The notes: a model not told the origin generated them from the letters alone. DNA of 64,000 bases from Styela clava (GCF_964204865.1 NC_135250.1:17670001-17734000), one strand, 5' to 3'; counted from the stretch's first letter, positions 25,701 through 62,329 are shown. Made by a program: numbers and translations.

Positions 25701-26601
25701 TCCTGAAGAGTTAAATCCCGTAATTCTACTCAAAACAAACCTGGGATAAAAAAAAAGTCGTAAATCCCGGGCTTGAGGGGAAACAACCCTCAAGCTTGCT
25801 TGAGAGTTGGTTCATGGTGATAATGATAAATGACAGTGACATTCTATCATTGCATCAGTGGATCATAAGAGTAACTGGTCTCTCCAATCCATGCGAGATA
25901 TTGAACATTATTAGGTTATTTCACAGGCCAATACATAGGTTTCTAATAATAAACTAAACCAATACAGACTTGGTGTTCAAGCGATATGTTGTTGATTGCC
26001 AAATGATTCCAATTAATTCAATTTTGTCATTGCGAAAATCCAAATCCCCAATCTTAAGTCAGTATTGAATAATATCAGGGAGCTACTAAATATTGTTGAT
26101 TTATTCTTTTCTAGACCGATGGTACCCATGACAGCTCCGGCTATATTGGAAGGTAGTCCACTCACTCAAGCTGCCTCTATGTATCAGGATCCATCATTTG
26201 TTGCCTCAACACTTTACCCGATTGCTGGAACCAACTTGAAGCTGGGTGACATTGATTCAAGTTCCGATACCTCTTCGGACACTGCTCGAGACAGTACTTC
26301 TAGTTTATCGGGTCTTTCTTCTGCACGAGATTTCTCTGAAGCTGATGATAACCCAATTGAGAAGAATAAAGGCGGTGGCATAAAAGTCCCTGGGTTACCA
26401 ACATTGTCTTCCACTGATTTCGCCAATGAACCTCTCGACCTATCTGCGCTATCGGATGCTCTTGAAAGTTTTAAGGGGTCATTGGAGGGAGCTACTTCAC
26501 CCCATGTTGTAACTCCATTAACTCCAAGACCGTTTGAATCTGAAACTCTCAACACGAAACCCGTGTTGCCCCCTATAAACCCACAAGTTCTCACCACGTG
26601 A
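16735..26601 (+). CDS. LRGUK: Leucine-rich repeat and guanylate kinase domain protein. Exons 16735-16789, 17385-17593, 18068-18172, 18777-18959, 19484-19690, 20122-20346, 21342-21535, 22113-22325, 22576-22693, 22887-23091, 23603-23737, 24443-24577, 25044-25132, 26115-26601
   Basis: SDS22-like LRRs (LIELDVSHNEI, LQAIDLSGNRIASL, LRKLNLMRNPI), LRRcap (YRLHVLFRVPQLVELD), then a guanylate kinase domain (LVLTGPQASGKS, ISHTTR, DGKDYYFIS). All junctions are GT-AG and in phase. Confidence 0.93.
16811..17160 (+). mobile_element. tRNA-derived SINE, full-length copy 2, in LRGUK intron 1
   Basis: Same A/B boxes, body and (TCCTA)3 tail as 13030-13375. Confidence 0.9.
17647..17770 (+). mobile_element. 5' part of a Merlin-like MITE (family also at 33573, 35258 and 44066)
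   Basis: ggtactcctgtagtatgtatacca TIR-like start; interior acgagttcgggactgtctgtg..agcc matches 44126-44160. Confidence 0.55.
19098..19426. mobile_element. hAT (Buster-type) MITE
   Basis: Perfect 8-bp TSD atctagag; ends ccggggtgggca...tttgcccgtgtcag; gggcc subterminal motifs. Confidence 0.8.
23948..24240. mobile_element. Degenerate Tc1/mariner-like MITE
   Basis: ta|tagggt...caccctg|ta ends. Confidence 0.4.
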
Positions 26602-27102
26602 GTGCTTTTTTACTTTTACGTCAAGATTAATTCAAATGTTTGGCCTAAATAAAAGTTTATGATATATATTTGTATTAACTCGGCCAACTATCATCTGAGA
26701 GTTATGTATAATGTCTGTATATTATGTTTGATAAAAATATTATTGAAAAGCACTTTTAGTTAAATATAATGTAAGTAAAACTTTTAATACTTTGTTGTTT
26801 GATTTCTTTGTGCAAATTTCAAGATTTAAGCAATAATTTAGTAAAAAAAATAATTCAATTAACATTGATGGTAAACTGTCATCTCAAGTAGCACAATTTA
26901 TTTTTGTCTGGTTAATTACCTAACAGACAATAACTAGATTCACAAAAACTATTTGATATTAAAACAGAAACATCCGATAAAAAATCGATTTTATTTTCAG
27001 AAAATCATAAACATAAGAAATGGTTCCTCGGCTCCAAGTCCACAGTTGCACTCCCCAGCTCATTCACCACGGCTTTACAGAGTCAAGTAGATTTGAGCAA
27101 AT

Positions 27103-27175
27103 TATAAAAAAAAATTCTTAGCAGCGTTCACCTCGACACAATAAAAAATTCTTAGCAGCGTTCACCTCGACACAA
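27103..27175. repeat. Tandem duplication of about 35 bp in the SMARCA 3' UTR
   Basis: aaaaattcttagcagcgttcacctcgacacaat occurs twice. Confidence 0.85.
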
Positions 27176-27904
27176 TCCATTTCACATTTTTCTGACTGCC
27201 CGATCCAATATACAGAGAGATGACATAATGTACAATCATCACTTTATTCCAAATATGTACAAAATCATGCAGTTGGAACATGACAAAAATGACACAAACA
27301 GATAAGACAGACACAACACACAAAAAAAACAATGATACTCAAACAATCTTTTGAATGCTTTACTCCCTGCAAATTTCCATCATGAAAGTTACTACTTATT
27401 ATGCCAGAATATTCATACAATATTGGCCCTATAGAATTTTACGACTTACAAAATGCTGCTAACCTATCTATAATGCTTTCAATTTCGTGTTCTTTGCTCA
27501 ATCTGGGGCTTAGTGAACGAACATGAGTCACTTTTCTTGAAAGTGGCTAAGAAGGGAAACCTCACCTAACCAATCTTGAATATGCAAATGAACTAAAAAA
27601 AGTCAGGGTTCTACTGCATAAATCAACCTATACAATTAATGGATATTTCTGCAGGAAAAAAAACAAGAAAATAATCATGTCTCTTCAAAACAATAACAAT
27701 ATGATTGACTTGGTACAAATTATTTCATAGCATAAAGTTAACAAATACAAACATTACTTAACAAAAGTCACATTACGGCACAAGAGACAAAAATAGGGTC
27801 CCGTAAAACACATGAAAGACAGAATTGTTCAGTCCTTTCCACCCAAAGGGTAAATCTCCTCTTCATCAATTATCAAAGGGCCGCAAGCTTCAGGTAGATT
27901 ATCA

Positions 27905-52215
<24,311 letters not shown>

Positions 52216-53540
52216 GACCTTTAATAATCAAGTAGATCTTGTCTGCTAGTAAAGGCTAAGCTAAAACCTGAAAAACAAAGAAAGGAAATTTGCATAATCA
52301 CACAACTGAACAAATACTAGAACTGAACAAATACTAGATAGACTGAATACCTAATAAGTTACTGTTTCCGAGACAAATACAGTGTTTGTATTATTGCACC
52401 AAATGTCAAGACATCTCGGAAGCACAGAACTGTGCCCTACTGACTGTACTGAAACAGAAAAGGCCAAAACTGTATACTTTAAATGTGAAAGAGAAAATAT
52501 GTTCCAAAATAGAGCAAGTTCAACATAGAACACAATAAACAAAGAACCCTATGGACTTGGTATATCTGACAGTCTGAGGGTTAGGTCAGTGCTTTACCAA
52601 CCATGAGACCATAGAGAAATTCCTTTCCCCGGGAAAGAATATTGCTGTTTTAACCCTAGGGTTTCGGCCCGGTCATAAATGGCTGATCTGTGTCATAATT
52701 TGGGTTTATGACTAAATTAAATTTATTTTGGGGGGTCAATAGTATTTCATAGTGGTCTGCATGTGAACAAAACCAATTTCAAAACTCAAAATGTTTGAGT
52801 TTAAATACCCATGCTTGATCCGAGTGTTCTTAATTACGGTGATGTCATCATATTTTTTTTATGTATAATTTTTATTTTGCAACAAGGTCAATTTTATTTG
52901 TATGAGTATTTCAAAGCTTAAAAATAACCAAATAATCTATGGTTAGTTGAAAACGAAGTATTTTGAACGCGCGAGCAACGTTCTTCGGCTCATAATAAAC
53001 AAACAAAGATACCAGACAGCACGCGATCAAATGCTCTTCGATAAAACGAATATCACTTCACTTACAAATCCCAGTCTTGTTTTATCTTGAAAGTGACGTA
53101 TAGCTCTTCTAAAAGAGAACTCTTTCTCTCGCATATCAATCACGTGTCGACCACAGCGTTAAAAGTGAGAAACTTTTTCTCGAAATTTTTTGAAATTTCT
53201 CTCTTCTTACTGGCATATGGTCGGACGCATTTACGCTACGTAATGTGGGCGCGTTTTAGTGGAAAGCGACGAAAATAAGCTTTTTAGGGACACATTAAAG
53301 ATGTCTTTGGCATTTTTGGTTGGTGAAATATTAAAAAAATTATAGAAGGGTGTCAAAATGACCCAGGAACACCAGGGGTCATTAGGTTGGAGGAAATATA
53401 GAAATATTATTTTGTATAAAAAATTCCTATAATAAAAACATTTGAGAAATTTTAGGTGACAGTAAAAGCCCTGATAAAACATATTTTACAGTTGGCAAAT
53501 TCAAACAACAAACTGATTTTACATAGTGATAAAAAAAACA

Positions 53541-53692
53541 GATGAAAAAACATTATACAGGTAAAAAGAAATGAGGGTGCAAATATATACGAGGAAAAAA
53601 CATTATACAGGTAAAAAGAAATGAGGGTGCAAATATATATGATGAAAAAACATTATACAGCCACAGGTAAAAAGAAATGGGTGCAAATATAT
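53541..53692. repeat. Tandem repeat, about 3 x 50 bp
   Basis: ga(t/g)gaaaaaacattatacaggtaaaaagaaatgagggtgcaaatata starts at 53541, 53591 and 53641. Confidence 0.9.
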
Positions 53693-54200
53693 TAGGAATG
53701 ACCACAATTTATTTACAGGGAAATCATATTGTGAGACAAATTATGCTTTCATGATAAAACTGACAAATTTTACAGAAAACATAGTTATGTCAAAAATACA
53801 ATTTCTCAAAATAAACATTATTCAAACACATAAATGTTGATGAAACAAAACTCATGGGTCATTCCGTGATACCTGTAAAACTTTTAGGAATTGTCTAAGC
53901 ACATATAAACAATAGAAAACATTCTTGATACATATAAAAGTTCACAAAGTTACCACATAGTCTTATTATTGAAAATCTTATCTTAATTAAAATACAAATC
54001 CACTAGCTTGTCGGCAAGTTCAGTGAACACCTGAGTCTCCTGAGATCATGTTGAATATCAGGTAAGATTGAGGTTAACTGATCATTTGTGACATGATATT
54101 GATATATTTCTTTGATTGATTTCCTCTGAAATAATATTTTTTCAAGTCTGCAATTGGTAGATCATGATTGGGCTCAAATGATCAGACCAGTAAATGCAAC

Positions 54201-54560
54201 TTAGATACCCTTGATGCGCACCACAGCACGCCAGTTCTTGACCATCAAAGTTTGTCTCTTTGCATGAAGATTGGCATCTTCAAAAATATCAACCAATCGA
54301 GATTCTGCTGCTTCCTGTAATGCCATTATCGCTAAAGATTGCCAAAAAATGATATTTGGAGTTAATTTCATGCTGATTTCACGTACCAGTCTTGAAAAAG
54401 GCAATTTTCTTATAAGTAACTTTGTGCTCTTTTGATATTTTCTAACTTCATGTGATGTGTTTATACCAGGTATTCCCCTTTTTCGTGGTGTAGACTTTCT
54501 TCGCATTGATCCATGGGATGCATTTTGACGGTTAGATTGATGCAAAGACTTTCTCGTCAT
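54201..54560 (-). CDS. CENPA: Intronless, divergent histone H3-fold protein with CENP-A/CenH3 hallmarks; could be a paralog or a young pseudogene
   Basis: H3 fold [23 protein letters not shown]...WQ...ALQEAAE...[10 protein letters not shown]. CenH3-type changes: Q68>S, F84>W, T107>A, loop 1 one residue longer, and a non-H3 N-terminal tail. Confidence 0.7.
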   Translation of the reverse strand: MTRKSLHQSNRQNASHGSMRRKSTPRKRGIPGINTSHEVRKYQKSTKLLIRKLPFSRLVREISMKLTPNIIFWQSLAIMALQEAAESRLVDIFEDANLHAKRQTLMVKNWRAVVRIKGI

Positions 54561-56606
54561 GCTTGAGTATATTATTAAATAAAGCAGAAATAATGAACGT
54601 AGTAGGCTATATGTCAGTCAGGGATAGCCAATTAGAATAAAGTATTCAAATATCTCGTCATTCCAATATCGGAATTAACGTATATAAGAATATCGGATTT
54701 TTGCGTAATGTCACACATTTGCGACGTCTTCATTGAATGAGGACTTATCGATAGAAACTTGCGCATCGCACAAACAATCAGCACATGCTCACTCTCTTTG
54801 CAAAAATCTAGGTCATACATGTTCTTTCGCTTTGCAAAATTTTTTTTCTCTTCATTCTCCGTCTCGATTTTATTTTCAGTCCTCGCATGCTTTCTCACAA
54901 CAATCCAGTGCAATATATATTATTTCATTCCCTTTCCCAATTCAACGCCGCCTGCATGCTTTTCACTGTGCATGAACACAGCAGAATAACAATATGGTAC
55001 ACATAAATACTAGAGGCTTAAATATTAGCATTTGTATAAAGGCATAATGAATATTCGATTGTTGTGGCTTGCTTCAATTGCCTGTAGAGTGGCTTACCCA
55101 CTTTGCGACCACGACATATTTGCGGCCATCAACTTCATCGATCTAATTAATGCCGAAAAAATTAACGAATCGCGACGATATTTCTGACCCGTTATCGTCC
55201 TCTTGTTCCTCATAGCTCTGCGAAATTACACTGAAATGCGGCCACAAACAAAAAAGTTACGACCGAAAACCCGACCGAAGAAAAAAACAGGACCATTTTT
55301 TCATGTCGCCAACTACCCCTTGTCCCATCAAAAGAACTTGAAAATCCATACAAATATAAGAGATAAAAAGATGAAACTTGGCAAGGGGGTAGAGTTGTGT
55401 TCCTTCTAACCGTCTTTCGCCTTTCTACATTTAAAGGAGGGGGAATAGGGGGGTGCGCATTTCCAATACGTCGATAATATCTTTGTCGGCCAATTTGCGA
55501 CCACCATGTTTTTGTCTGTTTGATTGCTGTGATGCGGTGTTTTGAATATAATTTGACGAGTTTTGTTCGAAAGGACAGTGTTCTTAAAATATATGACGAT
55601 CAGAAATGCAATTAGAAGAAGGCTAGAAGCCCAATTTTCCATGCATGGCTGCGTATGCTCTAGTCTCGAGGCAGCAGAAACAATGTTCAAGGCTTGAAAT
55701 TCGTGGTCGCACACTGGTCGTTCGGTCGCAAATACGTCTTCCGAGTGTCGTACTTTGGGTGGTTTGTATAGCTTTAACCCCTGGTCGTAGAAAGGTTATT
55801 CGAGGTTTAGCGTGTAGAATAAATGCCAATGCGCCTACGGTGAAAAAATTAACGGGTTAGAAATATTGGTTTCTGTTTTATAGCGGTTTGAATGAAATCG
55901 TCCGCAGACTGGCTACACCACCCTATTGCCCATGAATTTTATTACTCTCAGAAAATATACAAAATTATCCGAATATAAATAGTACTTATGTCAATAGACT
56001 ATTATCGCAATACCATGTCCATGGGGATGGTACTGTAACATTGACAGAATCGGTCACAGAATTGCTTGGCTATCTTTTCATGTGGCCGATTGTACAAAGT
56101 GTACAATTAAAATAAATTTACTGTGTCACAAGTTGCTATTATTTCTATTGAAAGCTGTAAACTATTTACAGTATTAAGTATTTTTTGCATGGTGTGATAA
56201 ATTTTTCTCTGTCCCAAGCAGAATGTCATCATAGATCATCTATCCATCGCTATATAATGACAATACATCCCATTTAATTAAACAATTATTTTTTGCCTGT
56301 AATAAATAGTTCAGCGCATTCCCCTTCACCCAATCATTGAAACATCTAGCGTCTAGCCTACTCGCAGTTTTATTTTTTGTTTTTCAGGTTACTTCAAAGT
56401 GATTAAATGAAGTAAAACACATAAGGAAAAAATCAAACAAAGACATCGATACGGTATCCTGTGAAATAACAATCTTATTCCTATATCCTTGTCTGAAATC
56501 AATACCCAAGAATGAAAAACCTCACTTACTTTTTTTTTTTGCCAAATTCAAATCCATTGCCAAATCGGATTTATACAAATTATAGTTTTGGTGTATTCAA
56601 ATATAT

Positions 56607-57259
56607 CGACGCATGAAATCCAAATTGGGCTAAGTCCATTTTTCTAGTTTTGAGAAAAACGCAAAAAACGTTTTTTTTTTGTTTCTTTTTTTTATTTCTC
56701 TAATACCTTACATCGAGGATGTCTAGTTTTTATGGTCCACCAAAGTTACAATGAAGGCCATATTTAGATGGTATAAAAAAATTTGTGCTCCGCCCCAATT
56801 TTTTTTGGGGGGGTTTTTTTTGGACTTAACCCTTTTTGGCTCTCAATTTTCTTGACCAAAAACAATTTTATTGGACTTAGGGCCCCTTTATTATGTTATT
56901 ATAGAGGCTGGTATGGACTTAGCGCTTTGTATTATATTTTTTGAGAGGAGCTATGTCCAAAAAATGGACTTAGCGCTTTGTATTATATTTTTTGAGAGGA
57001 GCTATGTCCAAAAAACGGACTTAGCCCCAACTTACAATGCAGTTATCCAGAGATAAGTCCACTATAGTAGACACAGCTCTGTTTAGTTCTCAAATGCCCT
57101 AAAAAAAGCAGGGTTATGTCCATAGCTGTCTTGAGATCTAGAGCACCTAGAGATAAGGCAAATAGACCAAAATGTAGAGCTAAGTCCAGGAAAATCAGCA
57201 ATTGAAAAATGTCATTTTTTGGAAAAGTGGACTTAGCACTGTTTGGTTTTGAGGTGTCG
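56607..57259. mobile_element. MITE with about 40-bp TIRs and ATAT flanks (Sola1-like)
   Basis: Left end cgacgcatgaaatccaaattgggctaagtccatttttc; right end reverse complement cgacacctcaaaaccaaacagtgctaagtccacttttc; internal ~53-bp tandem duplication at about 56913-57016. Confidence 0.7.
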
Positions 57260-57485
57260 ATATATTTCAATATTATTGCATGAGGTCCGAATTTTATTTT
57301 TGTGATGTAATTTAGGTGATTTCATACAATGAAAGGTAAGACAAATATTAAATAATTCAGACCAGATACATTTACTATTTAATTCCATATGTCAGTATGT
57401 CCATTTGTGCATGAAGTTGAGACATTATTTTCCCATTATCATCAGTTATAATATATAATATAAATATTAATTAACCTATCATTAG

Positions 57486-60400
57486 CATTTTTATTTAAAA
57501 AAAAAAATTTTTTTGAAGAATTAGATAAATAATCAGAAAAACACCTATCATGCCATAGGTGATTTCTACATTTTCCATCTATGTAATCATTTTACACAAA
57601 TTAGTAAATACGGTAATCTGTTACAATGAAATCTGTTACATATTGTCATGAGATGGCCAGTGGTTGCATTGGAAACTTGATATTATAGCATGATGGATTT
57701 ATTTAAAACCTCATCAATGTGTTGATCTTGCATAATATCATTTCTGCATCCACTGTCCATCAAACCCATGCACCCCAATACCTTACATTTAAAAACTGCT
57801 CTCAAATTGCATTGCATCCCATAAATACCATCATATTTTATAGAGTTTCGATATTGCCAGATTGCTGACTTGCCACAAATCACAGTCAACAACACAGATT
57901 TGTTTTCAATGTTGTTGGCTATGATTTGGTCTGGATTAAGACGCCCTACATTGCACCAATCCCAAAAATTCTGTGCCCAATCACAATTAAAAAACGGATG
58001 AAAACACGTTTCCTCTACATTATCGCATAATACACATATGCCTGATTCGTCTCTGAACCAATATTTTAGTTTATCTGCGGTAGGCAGTCCATTATGTATG
58101 ATTTTCCAGCTGAGTTCTTTATACTTATTGGGTATTTGTATTTGCCAAAATTTTGTCCATGGGATAGGTTGGGTAAGATGTAGTTTGTTTGCGACATATA
58201 TATTATGATCATGAATTTGGTTATCCAATTGGTTTGATTTTAAGCGCTTATAAATATTTTTGGTTGTTAATTCTTCTGAAACCATATAACGATCAATTTC
58301 TGTTCTTGCCGGGGATGTATTTTGATTCTGGGCTAGAATTTCTTTCCAATTTGTTGGAATGTATCGCCAAATGTTGCGAATTTCGAAGTTGCATTTTCTA
58401 TTCAATGCAATTTTCCTCTCATATGATATATCTCTACCTGGTCTATAGTAAATTTGATTCACAAGGTCTCCTGAATTTTGTTCCACAATTTGTCCTAAAG
58501 TTAAAACTTTGGCTTGAATCCATTTAATTTCAAATTCTAAATTTGGCAGTTTTGTCTCCAAAGATAAAAATGAATTAAACCAGAGGCTTTCTAATTTTAC
58601 TTCCGCTGGGGAATTTGGTTGACAGCGTGTGAGATTGAGTTCCTTGAATGCATTAACTAAGTTTAAATAAAATTGTGGTATGAGATAGTTTCTTGTGTTT
58701 TTAACGTCTAAATACAAGCATTCCAAATTACCTCTGAAAATGAATGAGCAATAGTTATTTATATAAAATTTGGCCCGTTTACTCCAAGGTTTCTGTTCCC
58801 CTTTAAGTAATTTAATAATCCATTTCAATTGTATAGATTTCATCTTAGTGTTGATATCCATCATGTTTAATCCCCCCTTATTTATTTTTTCCTTAATGAT
58901 TTTTTGAGCAATCAATTGTGGTTTTCCATTCCATAAAAAGTAGAAGAGTTTAGTTTGTAATTTTTTCATGAAACTTTCCGGCATAATTTTGAATCCTGCT
59001 AAATACCAATTTTTTGATAACATTAGTGCTTTTGTAACCGTAATTTTTCCTATTATAGAAAGATTTCGGGCCTTCCATTGATTTATCAAGCTCTGGACGC
59101 TATTAAGAACCTTATTCCAATTTTTTTCAATGGAACAAGTGTTATTCCCTATGTATGCCCCCAATATTTTAATTTCATCTTTTTTTACTTCAATACCCTT
59201 GTAGTCTGGGCCAATGTTCCAATCAATTGCATTACCACACAATAAAATTTTACATTTCTGTTTGTTAATTTGTATTCCCGTACCCATTTTAAAGTGGTTT
59301 AATATTGCAAGACTTTCATCAATAGAGGCCAAATTTGTTACCGTTAAAGTTGTATCATCTGCATACCCTTTATACACCTCAGTATCCCCACTACAATTCC
59401 TAAATCCTAAAATATTTCTATTAGATTTGATATTAGTTGCTAATAGCTCAGCTATAAACAGATATAAATATGGTGCTAAGGGGCATCCTTGTCTCACTCC
59501 TCTTGTTAGCAAAAAATCTTCAGACAGGTATCCATTGGTAATAATTTTTGAACGAGTGTTACGATGCAGAATTTGAATCCATTTTTAAAAATATTCGCCG
59601 AAGCCCAATTTTCGTAAAAATCGTATTACTAATTCACGGTCGACCGTGTCATATGCTTTCTCTTGGTCGATAGAAAATATAATAAGAGGTATATTTTGTT
59701 GATTAGCCCAGAAGATGTCATCCCTAAGAGTTATCAAATTTTCATGAATCACCCCGCCAAAAATAAATCCAGTTTGATCTTGTCCAATTAGTTCCGGCAA
59801 TACATTTTTTAATCTATTTGCTAATAATTTTTCTATGAGTTTATATTCAAAATTTAACAAGGATATTGGGCGCCAGTTTTTCAAATCATCTTTGTCTCCA
59901 CTTTTACATAAAAGTGTTATGACACCTAAAGCTGAATCGTGAGACATTTCACCTATATTATGAAAGCTTTTATAAAGAAGAAGTAGAATCGGTTTGAGTT
60001 GTTTCCAAAATTTAGCGTAAAACTCTTTCGTCAAGCCATCTATGCCCGGTGATTTGTTATCTTTCATATCTCGGAATGTTTCATCCAATTCTTTATCCGT
60101 AATTTCTCTTTCTAAAGAGTCTTTTTCAAGATTTGTCAACTTTTTTTCAAATTTTTGGATTAAGCTATTTCGGGATGTTTTATCAATACTTCTATTCTTA
60201 CTGTATAACTTATGATGAAAAGAAATCTGAGTATCTTGAATTTCTTTCAGAGAGTAAACCAAACTTACATTCGGCTTTCTCAGGGCTCTAAACATACGCT
60301 TCTTTCCATTTGATTTCTCTAAATTCAAAAAGTATTTGGTAGATTTTTCACCTTTTTCTGCCCACTTTATGCGCGACCTTATAATTGCACCATTGGTTTT

Positions 60401-60601
60401 AGTTTTATAATGCAGTTTAATTTGTTTTTCTAGTTCCTGTACCTTTTTCGATATTTCGTCATCTTCAATGTACCTTAACATTTCATCATATGCTATCCTG
60501 TATTTGAGTAATAGTTCTTGCTCTAATTCATTTTCCTGTTGGTATTTTATTTTAGCACAGTGTATCGCCCATGTTTTGACTTTCTTTTTACAAATATCCC
60601 A
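57486..60601 (-). mobile_element. 5'-truncated non-LTR retrotransposon, Tx1/L1 clade (ORF2: RT plus C-terminal zinc finger)
   Basis: Motifs GAIIRSR..W.EKGEKSTKYF, KSPGIDG, NWRPISLLN, DQEKAYD, RGVRQGCPL, YADD and CxxC..E..H...C. The two ORF-track pieces share one frame, split by a single TAA at 59585-59587. No endonuclease domain. The 3' end position is approximate. Confidence 0.9.
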
Positions 60602-61803
60602 ATAAGAACCTCACCCCTACTTTGTACCGTAACCAATTTATGGGACGGACTAAAAGTAGGCACTTGCAAATTAGGCACTTTCGTAGGCACTTATTTAAGC
60701 ACTTTGTAAAAAAAAGTAAAAAGGGCGTAATACCTTTCAAAAACATAATTAATTAGTTAAAATGGTCAAATTAAATGTTGAAAACGCAAATTGCAACGGG
60801 CAAACTCAATAGCAATATTTAAAACGCAGTATTAAAGGCAGTCGCACGCGCTTGGTCACCACATATGCTAGGCACATATTTAGGCACTTCGAAAAATAAA
60901 TAAAATGGAATATTCACTAATAAAAGACAGAGAAATAAACATATTACCCACACTGATTAGCCCGAGTAAATATCTAAAAGATGCACTTGAGTCTAGTACT
61001 GGAATTTATAAATAATAGATTGTTACCGGTAGGCACTTTTTCAGGCACTTATTTAGGCACATTGAAAAAAAGGTGAAATGGACGTAGTAACTCCCAGAAA
61101 GATAATGAATTAGTTCAAAATATTTAAATTAAATGTTGAACGCGAAAATTGCAACAGTTAAACCCAATAATAATTTTAAAACGTAGTACTAAAGGGAGAC
61201 GCACGCGCTCTGTCACCACATATGCTAGGCACATATTTAGGCACTTCGAAAAATAAAGAAAATGACAATTATCATTAATAAAAGACAGAGAAATAAAAAT
61301 ATTACCCACACTGATTAGCCTGGGTAAATATCCAATAGATGCACTTGAGTCTAGTACTGGAATTTAGAAATAATAAATTGTTACCGGTTGGCACTTATTT
61401 AGGCACATCGAAAAAAAAGGTGAAATGGGCGTGATAACTTTTAAAATGATAATTAATTAGTTAAAAATTGTCAAATTAAATGTATAGCACGCAAATTGCA
61501 ATGGGTGAACCGAATAACAATATTTAAAACGTAGTATTAAAAGGAGTCACACGCGCTCGGTCACCTTATATGCGAGGCACATATTTGGGCACTTTGAAAT
61601 ATAAAGAAAATGGTAATTATCATAAATAAAAATACAGAAAATAAAAATAGTAGTCAAAATAATTAGCCTATTTGAATATCGTAGAATATAGTAGTGATAT
61701 TTGAGAATAATAAATCGTTACCGGTAGGCATTTTTTAGTCACTTATTTAGACACTTCTAAAAATGCGTAAAATGGGCGTAATAACTTTTAAAATGATAAT
61801 GAA
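60602..61803. repeat. Tandem array of about 3.2 units of ~350 bp with a unique terminus (possibly Helentron/pearl-like)
   Basis: cacttattta(a/g)(g/a)cac recurs at about 60688, 61046, 61393 and 61740; gttaccggt recurs at about 61022, 61380 and 61716; many aggcac(a/t)t motifs. Confidence 0.8.
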
Positions 61804-62329
61804 TGGACTTTTCCCCGAGCATTGACTTCCATGTTTACTTCGTGAAATTGGCGAATCAGCAAGATGCAAAAAGTGACGTAACAATGCTCCCTTTTCGCAT
61901 CCGCTCAGACACTTTTCTCACTCAGACAGATTTTCAAGCGTGGTCGTAAACATTACCTCGTTTTCGCGTTTTTGAACTCTATTCGTTAGTTTTTAGTTGC
62001 GTTTCGGAAACTTAAATATAAATCGGATAATTCAATGATAACTCTGTCTTCCTAGGAGTTTTGATTTAATTGCAGTAATAAAAATTTAGTGTAGAAATAG
62101 CTGTGATAGACTAGGCTGAAGTTCTCTACCGGTACTTTTAAAAATCAGATTGTTGTATGCGATGAATCATAATGATGATTTAAAACACGCACCCCATTTT
62201 ACAGGCGACAACTCGAAAAAGCGCTCTTGAGAAAGCTCCGAAAATTTTGCAATGGTAAAGTATAGGAAGAATGTTTCTGGGGTCAAAGGTCGGGGAAAGG
62301 TCCATTAGTTTAAACAATGACATTAAACA

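Noticed and set aside
54201-54560. Canonical replication-dependent histone H3
   Set aside because: No ARTKQTARKS tail, CenH3-type substitutions, no 3' stem-loop and no neighbouring histone genes.
55405-55860. MITE with ctaacc...ggttag ends
   Set aside because: The inverted match is too short and gapped, and no TSD is apparent.
59513-59587. Frameshift or separate ORF1/ORF2 in the LINE
   Set aside because: Both ORF-track pieces are in one frame, separated only by one TAA; both belong to ORF2.
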